DNA of 26,393 nucleotides from Phycisphaerae bacterium (GTDB taxonomy: Bacteria > Planctomycetota > Phycisphaerae > UBA1845 > Fen-1342), in assembly GCA_050115495.1 (NCBI GenBank), contig JASFQK010000054.1, positions 1 to 26,393 of the forward strand. The letters are read 5' to 3'. The position numbers and the translations under genes were made by a program. The notes below the pieces were generated by a model, which saw only the letters and a program-made list of their open reading frames with translations, was not told the origin of the DNA and searched no databases. Position 1 is the first letter of the stretch; each line of letters starts with the position of its first letter. Shown here one piece after another: positions 9,818-17,707 of this stretch.

Positions 9818-10780
9818 GTGACGGCCGAATCCTCGAACGATTTCGAGATTGTCGCCCGCTCCGGCGTGATGCGACAAGTGCTGGCATTGGTGGACGAAGT
9901 CGCGCGCAGCAATTGCTCGGTGCTCATTGAAGGTGATAGCGGGACGGGCAAGGAGCTGATCGCGCGACGCATCCACGCGCAAAGCGACCGGTGCCAGGGA
10001 CCATTTGTGCCGGTGAACTGCGCCGGAATCAGCAGCGGCGTGTTCGAGAGCCAGTTGTTCGGTCATGTCAAGGGTTCGTTTACCGGCGCCGACCAAACGA
10101 CACTGGGGCTCGTGCGCTGCGCCGATCACGGAACGCTCTTCCTCGACGAGATCGGTGAGATGGCGCTTGAGCTGCAGCCCAAACTCCTCCGTGTGATGCA
10201 GGAACGGGAGGTCATGCCGGTCGGCATGACCTCCACGTTCAAGGTCGACGTGCGCTTTGTCGTGGCGACCAACCGGAATCTGCTGAAGGAGATGCAACGC
10301 GGGGCGTTTCGAGAAGACCTGTACTATCGTCTCAACGTCGTTAGTGTCTACGTACCGCCGTTGCACGCGCGGCGCGAGGACATCGGCCCGCTGCTTGACC
10401 ATTTCCTGATCAAGTTCGCCGGCCGCTCCGGCAAGCCGGTTTGCCGGGTTAGCCAGCGCGTGCGCGATCGCCTGACACGCTACGCCTGGCCGGGAAATGT
10501 GCGGGAACTGGCCACCTGGGTGGAGCGGCTGTACGCCACGAGCATCTCACCCGAGCTGCTGACCATGGCCCTCGAGTTGCAGGGGCCGCCGCGCATTCCG
10601 GCGGCCCGCACGTCGCTCCGGAGGGATGTCGCTGCCGGCGAGGATGAGCGTGCCCTTATTCTGCGGGCCCTCGAAGCCACCGGCAACAACCATACCAGAG
10701 CGGCGGAGCTGCTTCAGATCCACCGCGGCACGCTCCTGCGCAAGATGCAGCGGTACCAGATCACGGATCCGGGGCGGTAA
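9818..10780 (+). CDS. Sigma-54 enhancer-binding protein without N-terminal sensory domain (PspF/HrpR-like architecture)
   Basis: GDSGTGKE, VNCA, ESQLFGHVKGSFTGA, LFLDEIGE, FREDLYYRL, WPGNVREL and a Fis-type HTH. Confidence 0.95.
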   Translation: MTAESSNDFEIVARSGVMRQVLALVDEVARSNCSVLIEGDSGTGKELIARRIHAQSDRCQGPFVPVNCAGISSGVFESQLFGHVKGSFTGADQTTLGLVRCADHGTLFLDEIGEMALELQPKLLRVMQEREVMPVGMTSTFKVDVRFVVATNRNLLKEMQRGAFREDLYYRLNVVSVYVPPLHARREDIGPLLDHFLIKFAGRSGKPVCRVSQRVRDRLTRYAWPGNVRELATWVERLYATSISPELLTMALELQGPPRIPAARTSLRRDVAAGEDERALILRALEATGNNHTRAAELLQIHRGTLLRKMQRYQITDPGR

Positions 10781-10869
10781 CCGCCGGCCGCGATCCTGTG
10801 CATGCCTTGGGAGCACCCCCTGACGAATGTGCCCGCCGCCGCAGCGCCCCCCGGCGTGGCCAGTGTGCT

Positions 10870-11931
10870 CTACGGAACCAGGTCGCCCCGCTCGTACTCC
10901 ATGTGACCCTCGCCGTTCAGCCACATCGCCCACAGCTTGCTGACGTCGTTGATCGTGGAACCGGATGGAGCGTACAGGGCCGGGTCTATTGCCTGCAGCA
11001 GGCGCAGGCCATCCACATGACCATCGAGGAAGGCCACATTCATTCTGCCTTGGTGCCGCAACGAAACCAGTGTGAATACCGGCGATACGCTCTTGGCGTT
11101 AGGGAACCACTCGTCGGCAAACGGCGGGGCCTCTCCACCCCCGCTGAACTCCTTGAACGCGGGCCCGCGCGAGGCCATGTTGCCCTGCGGCGTACCAACC
11201 AGCCCGGTGGTCGGGATTGTCGTCGTGTAGTCGAAGTAAGTATCCCCGTAGCGGGGGTCGAAGTAACGAGCGCCCTCGAATGCGTACACCTTGCGGGCCG
11301 GTGTGCCGGCGAATTCGAACATCGGCCGGTACGCATCCGGCACGCTGATACCCTGCATCCCTGGAACGTCCATCGGTTTGTTGGTGTCCTGGGGATCGGG
11401 GGGGCCGTGCGAACCGCTTGGATATAGATGGAAGTACGCGGGCAGTATGTAGCTCAGTGTGAGAGGGTGCTTGCGCTCATTCAGCCACATCGGCAGATCC
11501 GGTCCCTGGTACTTGCCGCCGTACCGCAGGTTGTTGTCAGGACAGGATAGCGCGCTCATGCAGATGTCCTGGAAGCGTGTGAGGCGGTCGCCCGAGAAGC
11601 CACGAACCTCGCCGAGCACAGGCGAGACCCAGTCCCAGCGCGTGCACGGGCGCGTCGCGCCCCAGGCATTATCGTCGGCCAGTCCCAGACCGGTGGTGTT
11701 CGGACCTGCGAACCAGCCGTTCTCTTCTGTCGTGTAGTTGGTGGCGGCCTGTGCCAGACCACGCAGATGGGCTGCGCACTTGACAGCTCTCGCGGCCTTG
11801 CGCGCGTGCTGCAGCGACGGCAACAGAATGGACAGCAGCACAGCGATGATCGCGATTACGACAAGCAGCTCCACCAACGTGAACGCACGTGGGCCGTAAC
11901 CGGAACGAATACTCCAGCCGTGTTTTATCAT
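10870..11931 (-). CDS. Prepilin-type N-terminal cleavage/methylation protein with H-X9-DG motif (DUF1559-like)
   Basis: [25 protein letters not shown] at the N-terminus; [16 protein letters not shown] near the C-terminus. Confidence 0.92.
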   Translation of the reverse strand: MIKHGWSIRSGYGPRAFTLVELLVVIAIIAVLLSILLPSLQHARKAARAVKCAAHLRGLAQAATNYTTEENGWFAGPNTTGLGLADDNAWGATRPCTRWDWVSPVLGEVRGFSGDRLTRFQDICMSALSCPDNNLRYGGKYQGPDLPMWLNERKHPLTLSYILPAYFHLYPSGSHGPPDPQDTNKPMDVPGMQGISVPDAYRPMFEFAGTPARKVYAFEGARYFDPRYGDTYFDYTTTIPTTGLVGTPQGNMASRGPAFKEFSGGGEAPPFADEWFPNAKSVSPVFTLVSLRHQGRMNVAFLDGHVDGLRLLQAIDPALYAPSGSTINDVSKLWAMWLNGEGHMEYERGDLVP

Positions 11932-11943
11932 GATGCGCTCTCA

Positions 11944-11959
11944 TGCATGGGACGTGCCA
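11944..11959 (-). promoter_or_regulatory. Sigma-54 (-24/-12) promoter
   Basis: TGGCACGTCCCATGCA, one mismatch from TGGCACG-N4-TTGCA. Confidence 0.7.
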
Positions 11960-12193
11960 TTGTCACGTTCTGTTCATAGCCAGTATTGCACTGTGTCCGC
12001 ACGCTGGTGCCGGAATGATGGTGTGCGCGCTGTAACCGCGGCAACAAGCAACACCCACGATTATTACGCAGTGTAGTCGGCAGCGCGAGAATAGCGAGTG
12101 AAGTTTGCGCAAAGCGCTCGGCGAGGATGGCGCATGCGATTAGCTGTTCAAGAAGGCAGTACGATCTGTATGCAACTGCCGCCTTGCGCTGCG

Positions 12194-12215
12194 GCGCGCG
12201 GCGCTGCGCGCAACA
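12194..12215. promoter_or_regulatory. 18-bp palindromic motif copy with AACA flank
   Basis: GCGCGCGGCGCTGCGCGC-AACA, ~235 bp upstream of the 11944-11959 promoter. Confidence 0.5.
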
Positions 12216-12530
12216 CCGGCAGTGACGCATGTTGTAAGTCGCGTATCACCTCGCGTGCTCGTATGCGCGCGAGTGGCCCCCGTCCCTACTGAATGCCGCG
12301 ATCGCTGTGTTGGGCGAGGGTCTGCGGATTGCATGCCGCGCGGTCGAATCGGCTGAGATAGGCCGAAACAGGGTGCTGCGCAGCGATCGCCTGCTGGTGC
12401 CGGGCGTTGCCGTGCGATGCATGCCTAAGCAGCATGGGCTTTGGGTGACCGCGGCCACGTGATGGATGTGCGCCACCCTGAGGCGCTCAGACACACGACG
12501 CCGGCCCAAGGCTCCTGCTGCCCGCATCGC

Positions 12531-12553
12531 TGCGCGGAGCGCTCCGCGCAACA
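12531..12553. repeat. Perfect 20-bp palindrome (motif variant) with ACA flank
   Basis: TGCGCGGAGCGCTCCGCGCA, extended by CCGCAT/ATGCGG arms (12522-12558). Confidence 0.7.
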
Positions 12554-12704
12554 TGCGGAGGACGGCGCGACGTCCCGACGCTCCACCTGGGGCGGATGGG
12601 GTGAGCGGCATTCCCGTTGACGTTCGACTCGCTGCACTGCGACGTGACCGTGCGGCGGTGGGAGCAGTCCACGGGGCGGAAGGCGGAACAGGCTTCCACC
12701 TCGC

Positions 12705-13193
12705 TTATGAGGCGTCAGGACAGTCGTCGCGACGGGGTACCAGCGAATCTTTGATGAGCACATCGCACAAGGCGTCGTACATGTCCTGCACAAGACCGGG
12801 CACCTTGTCTTTCTCGAACCGCTTCGCAATGGTGCTAGCGGGCGCGAGCACGACTTGATCACCCTCGCACGGCGGTTCCACAGCCAACCCGATGAACGGG
12901 CCATCGGCATCCTCAACAGCGTGCCACGCCAGCTTGAACTCCTTCGCCAGCGCGTCACCGAGCGCCACGCCGGCCATGTCGATTATCTCATCCTGGCTGA
13001 ACGCGTCCCGGTTCCTGGCCACGTGCCACCAGGCAATCAGCCCGTCTGCAATCTCCATGGCACTGATGTCGGCTTCCGGGGGCCAGCGCACTGGACCAGA
13101 TTCGGCCGCGCTCCGTAGGCTATCCCGTACACGTCGGAGCCACAGCGTTTGCTCGCTGTTCAGGGCGGTCACTCGAACCGTTTGTTCGTCCAC
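12705..13193 (-). CDS. DUF3806-like protein
   Basis: GVALGDALAKEFKLAWHAVEDADG..GLA..VLAPASTIAKR pattern; GAGGAAGG before the GTG. Confidence 0.7.
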   Translation of the reverse strand: MDEQTVRVTALNSEQTLWLRRVRDSLRSAAESGPVRWPPEADISAMEIADGLIAWWHVARNRDAFSQDEIIDMAGVALGDALAKEFKLAWHAVEDADGPFIGLAVEPPCEGDQVVLAPASTIAKRFEKDKVPGLVQDMYDALCDVLIKDSLVPRRDDCPDAS

Positions 13194-13257
13194 AGTTGCC
13201 GTCCTTCCTCAATACTCAGTGAGATTCTACCCGCATCGAGGCGCGAAGCAGTGGATG

Positions 13258-13293
13258 AAAAAAGACAGCCGGCCGAAGAAACACACCGGCATC
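13258..13293 (-). terminator. Possible intrinsic terminator behind the HARE-HTH remnant
   Basis: GATGCCGG-loop-CCGGCTGTC followed by T6 on the minus strand; the loop is long. Confidence 0.3.
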
Positions 13294-13338
13294 GTCGACC
13301 GAGGTCCTGGCAGTGGAACCTTGGCGTCGTGCGTTTCG

Positions 13339-13458
13339 TCCCGCGCGCTCGAACTGCCCCCGCTCGACCTTGCGAAACCGGGTGGCGTCGCCCTTGCGGC
13401 TGATCTCGCGGAGGATCGCGCCGTGGAGCGTGGACTTCGGCGTCTTGCCGTTGGCTGA
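13339..13458 (-). pseudogene. C-terminal remnant of a HARE-HTH (winged-helix) protein
   Basis: [36 protein letters not shown] matches the GKTPxxTL..I.REI..KG..RF.K..RG.F signature. The N-terminal part is absent. Confidence 0.7.
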
Positions 13459-13461
13459 GCA

Positions 13462-14041
13462 GTGCGCCGGCGACGACGTCGTGGCAGAGCAGCATTGTGT
13501 GCGGGACGTGGGTATGATCTGAGGGGTAACGTCTCCGGAGTGTGCTTCGAATGCGGGGCGCAGATCCAAGGAAACGCAACCGACCGGCGGCCTGGTGCTC
13601 ACCGGTATCCGGCGGCACGTGGATGTGGAACGGGTGTTTGGATGGAAGACGATCCTTCACGTACTGCTGCGGAGAGCTCGGGCGGGTTGCGGGCGGAGAG
13701 CGCGGCCGCGAGTGACCGCAGGCGGCGGCGGTGGCTGATGGGCATCTTCGTGGTCGCCGGCGGCGTGACGGGTTTGTTTTGTGCGCTGGGGGCGTGGTCT
13801 GTCGTGCTCTGGGCCGGGATTGTCGCCGGTTTGTCGGGGGTGGCGTGGGTTCTGCTGCGCTGGCGCGAACAGCTTCGCCGGGCGGAAGCGTGGCGGGGGA
13901 TGCGGTTATGACCTGCGCGGCGGCCATCCGCCGTTTGTCTGCCCGGAATGCGGGTGCGAGAATTACACGGTGGATCGTTGCCATGCGGTGCTCCACAAGG
14001 TGCGCGACGATCAGGAAGAAGGCGCCCAGCATGGCCCGTAA
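13462..14041 (+). pseudogene. Decayed membrane protein with two CxxCGYDLRG..CPECG zinc ribbons
   Basis: First ribbon is [20 protein letters not shown] (one Cys lost), followed by two TM helices and a frameshift near 13880-13900. Second ribbon is GGGCGYDLRGGHPPFVCPECG. No clear 5' end. Confidence 0.65.
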
Positions 14042-14594
14042 ATGGTGGCGCCGCATCGGCGTTGTCTCGGCCGTCGTGGCGCTGGGGATGGTCGGACTGG
14101 CGGTGCGGAGTTACGTGGTCTTTGACTCGGTGGACTGGGGATGGGGCGGCGGCTATGAATGGTCGATCTATGCCGCGGCAGGGGAGTTGGCTTTCTGCGA
14201 CCGCACGAACCCGCGTCACGACGAGCCGGGTCTGCATCTGCGATCAGAGACGGCGAACGACTACCGCCTTCGAGAGGAATTCGATGGAATGTTCCTGGGC
14301 TTGTCCGTTGAGACGGGCACGTACCATTACCGCGATGGTGGAGCGATACGCGTCCGCCGGGTGCTTGTGCCGCTGACGGGGATGGCTGTCGTCGCGGTCG
14401 CGGCGTCGGCAGGGCTACTCTTTGTTGCGTACAGAAAGCCCGCCGGTATGAGCGGGTTGTTGGTCTGCAAGACGTGCGGCTACAACCTTACCGGGAACGT
14501 CAGCGGGCGGTGCCCGGAATGCGGAACGGCTGTCGAATCCGCAGGCGCGAAGCCGCCGGCGGACGTATATGCGGGAAAGGTGGGGGAGGCGTAG
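14031..14594 (+). CDS. Membrane protein with C-terminal zinc ribbon
   Basis: N-terminal TM ending VRSY, a second TM, then CKTCGYNLTGNVSGRCPECG. Confidence 0.85.
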   Translation: MARKWWRRIGVVSAVVALGMVGLAVRSYVVFDSVDWGWGGGYEWSIYAAAGELAFCDRTNPRHDEPGLHLRSETANDYRLREEFDGMFLGLSVETGTYHYRDGGAIRVRRVLVPLTGMAVVAVAASAGLLFVAYRKPAGMSGLLVCKTCGYNLTGNVSGRCPECGTAVESAGAKPPADVYAGKVGEA

Positions 14595-14778
14595 AATGTT
14601 GCAGAGTGCTCTGTAATCGCGCGGACTGGCGTGTGTTGGCGGGTTTGTGTCGATATCGTGGGTGGTCCGTTCGGCCAGCGAGGTCATGGTATGGGGAACC
14701 GGGCGTTGCGCGGGCATCCCCTCTGTTCCCCCTTGTCTGTGCGTGGAACCAACCGTGCGAAGGCCGGCCATAGGACGG

Positions 14779-15869
14779 ATGATCAGGCGGGCAGCGTGTG
14801 GTGCCCTGGCACTCGGCGGTGTCGGGGCACTCGGGCTGGCTTGCGCCGTCAGCGCGTGGCCGGGCGACCGGTGGCTGTGCACGCTGCCGTACGTACCTGT
14901 ACAGGTGTACCACATCGAGCGGTACCTCGTGTTCACGCCGCATCGATACGCAGAGTATCACTATGCCCAGCCGCGGAAGAGCCGGGTGTAGCGCCAAACG
15001 TCATCGGGTACATCACTGGCGGGACGTCGCGGACTTGGCTAGTACAGGAGAAAGAGGGGGTACGTGAGTATGAAGTGCCACACTGGCGCGGGGGCTGGCG
15101 CTCGCCGCGGCTGGCACCCGATCGAGAATCGCTGGCCACCGTCTTCGCCGAGGTTCGCAACCCGACGCTGGTGCTAGGCGTCCCGTACTCCGGCCTCACG
15201 CGCGACCCGACGCCTCCGTGGTGGGGCGTGAGTGTCCTGCCCGGTGCGGCGATGGCGGTGGTGGCCCCGCGGGTGCTGGTGCTCCCTGGCGTGCTGATGT
15301 GCGTTCCGCCGTTGATCGCGCTGCGGCGGGCCGGGCGGCGTTTGTGGCGCCGCTGGCACGGACGCTGCGCGGGTTGCGGTTACAACCTCACCGGCAACGT
15401 CACCGGGCGCTGCTCGGAATGTGGAGAGACATTCGCATCCGCGGACCTGACGAGGTGGCGGGAGAAGCGCCTGCCGGTCTGGCTCGTGCCATACGTTGCA
15501 GCCGGGCTGGCGAGTGTTGGCATCTGGGGCGGCGTGAGCATGCTGGCGGGCTGGGCTGAACTGTGGGAAGACGCTGTCTACTGGAAACTGGGGCCGCCAC
15601 TGCTGCTGGCGGCGAACGGGCTGCTGGGTTACGCATGGCCCAGACGGCCATGGCGCTGGAGCGTCCTGTCGGTGGCGGTGCTGGCCGTGCTGATCCTCGT
15701 GTCGGCCGTCGCCCGCGGGCTTGTGGGGCTCGTGCCTCTCGCGGCGTTCCTCGGGCTGGCTCTGTGTATCGTCTGTGTGGCGCCGGCCTACGCCGGGGCA
15801 GCGTTACGCAGAGCACGCCGCCAGGTGCGGCGCGACAGACGGTGTGATTCGGTGGCCGGGCGGTGCTGA
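14779..15869 (+). pseudogene. Membrane protein with internal zinc ribbon, apparently frameshifted near 14960-14990
   Basis: MIRRAACGALALGG... TM segment stops at 14991. The -1 frame continues to a TM, CAGCGYNLTGNVTGRCSECG and four further TM helices. Confidence 0.6.
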
Positions 15870-16119
15870 AGGTGGTGTCGCGGTCTGGGCTACGCTTCGT
15901 TTAGAGGTGGTCGGATGTCGCCGGCGGGAGGGGACCGAGGATCAGGCGGGTGGCTCGGGGGCACTTGTTCGGCGATCGCTCGCTCCATACACTAAGGGCA
16001 GAGGCGCAGCGGGGGCGACCGGCGATATGCGCTGGCGGTGGTGAGCGATGACATGTCTGTTTGAACGCTGGCCGGCGCCGAGATGCCTCGGCGCGGGCGT
16101 CGCTTGGCCGTTGCGAGCA

Positions 16120-17643
16120 ATGCGCGCGGCGGTGGTCGTTGTATCGCTCGGGCTCTGCCTGGCCGGCGGGTGCGGGAAGAACGCCGATCCGCAGCAGGCG
16201 CAGAAACTGCGCACGGCCGCCGACTCGCCGAACGTGGTGCTCATCTCGATCGACATGCTGCGGCCCGATCACCTGCACTGCTACGGCTACGAGCGAGCGA
16301 CGAGCCCGCAGCTCGACCAGGTGGCCGCCGAGGGCGTGCTGTTCGAGAACCACATCAGCAGCACGTGCTGGACGCTGCCGGCCCATGCGGCGATGTTCAC
16401 CTCGCTGAGCGACTCGGTGCACGGCTGCACCGACACGGACCGCAAGCTGCCGGACGACATGGTCACGCTGGCCGAGCGGTTCCACGCCGCCGGCTACACG
16501 ACCGCGGGGTTCTTCTCGGGCCCGTACCTGCACCCGGCGTTCGGCCTGGGGCAGGGCTTCGAGCACTACGAAAACTGCACGTCGTACGCTGCGGCCCTCG
16601 ACGAAAACGCGGTCGAGCAGTGGGCGATGGACAGTGGCGTGATGCATGAATCACACCACGACGTCACCAGCCCACGGCTGTTCGCCGCCGTGAAGAGGTG
16701 GCTCGACGCGAATGGCGGGTCGAAGTTCTTCATGTTCGTGCACATGTGGGACCCACACTTCGACTTCATTCCGCCGGCGCCGTACGACAAGATGTTCGAC
16801 CCGGACTATGCGGGCACGCTCACCGGCGAGGATTTCTTCTTCAACGCGCAGGTCAACGCCGATATGCCGGCGCGGGATCTGCAACACCTGCTGGCCCTGT
16901 ACGACGGCGAGATCGCCTGGACCGACCTGCACGTGGGCAAGATCATCGACGAGCTCCGGCGGGCGGGGCTGCTCGACACGACGGTCGTCGCGATCACGTC
17001 CGACCACGGCACGGAGTTCTTCGAGCATGGGGCCAAGGGGCATCGGCAGGCGCTGTTCGACGAGTCGATCCGTGCGCCGCTGATGATCCGCTATCCGGCG
17101 TCGCTGCCGGCGGGCCTGCGCGTCGGGCCGCAGACACGGCTGATCGACGTCGGGGCGACGCTGCTGGAGCTGGCTGGCGTGCCGGTAGGGGAGGGCGAGA
17201 TTATGGGACATTCGCTGGTGCCCTTGGTGCGGACGGGAACGCCAGGATTTGACAACCTGGCGGTCAGCGAGCTGTTCTCGGTTGGCCGGGAGATGCGGTC
17301 GATCCGCACGTTGGACTGGAAGTTCACCGACCTGATGCTGATGAAGGGCCAGCGGATGGATCGAGCGTTCTACGTGAACCTGCGGGATGATCCGGGCGAG
17401 CAGCAGCTCATGTGGGACTTCAACCTGGCCGCCGCCCGCCGACTCGTCGAGCAGTATCGCGCGGTCGTCGACGAGCAGGCTGCGTGGACGGAGCGCATCG
17501 CCGTCCAGGCGGAGAAATCCACGATTCCCGGCGATGTACGCAGGAGCCTCGAATCGCTCGGCTACGTCAGTTGTGAGTCAGAGGGCGACGAACACGCGAC
17601 TATCACTTCAGCGCCGGCGGCGACGACGCAGCCGGCACCGTGA
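16120..17643 (+). CDS. Sulfatase-like (alkaline phosphatase superfamily) lipoprotein
   Basis: Lipobox-like LAGGC; PNVVLISIDMLRPDHL, WTLPAHAAMFTS, WDPH, YDGEI, TSDHG and C-terminal LESLGYV. Alternative start at 16048. Confidence 0.9.
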   Translation: MRAAVVVVSLGLCLAGGCGKNADPQQAQKLRTAADSPNVVLISIDMLRPDHLHCYGYERATSPQLDQVAAEGVLFENHISSTCWTLPAHAAMFTSLSDSVHGCTDTDRKLPDDMVTLAERFHAAGYTTAGFFSGPYLHPAFGLGQGFEHYENCTSYAAALDENAVEQWAMDSGVMHESHHDVTSPRLFAAVKRWLDANGGSKFFMFVHMWDPHFDFIPPAPYDKMFDPDYAGTLTGEDFFFNAQVNADMPARDLQHLLALYDGEIAWTDLHVGKIIDELRRAGLLDTTVVAITSDHGTEFFEHGAKGHRQALFDESIRAPLMIRYPASLPAGLRVGPQTRLIDVGATLLELAGVPVGEGEIMGHSLVPLVRTGTPGFDNLAVSELFSVGREMRSIRTLDWKFTDLMLMKGQRMDRAFYVNLRDDPGEQQLMWDFNLAAARRLVEQYRAVVDEQAAWTERIAVQAEKSTIPGDVRRSLESLGYVSCESEGDEHATITSAPAATTQPAP

Positions 17644-17707
17644 TCTGCGGGCGTGAGTAAGCGCCAAATGTCGTTCGTCCCGGGTGATGACCCGACGGGC
17701 CCACTGA

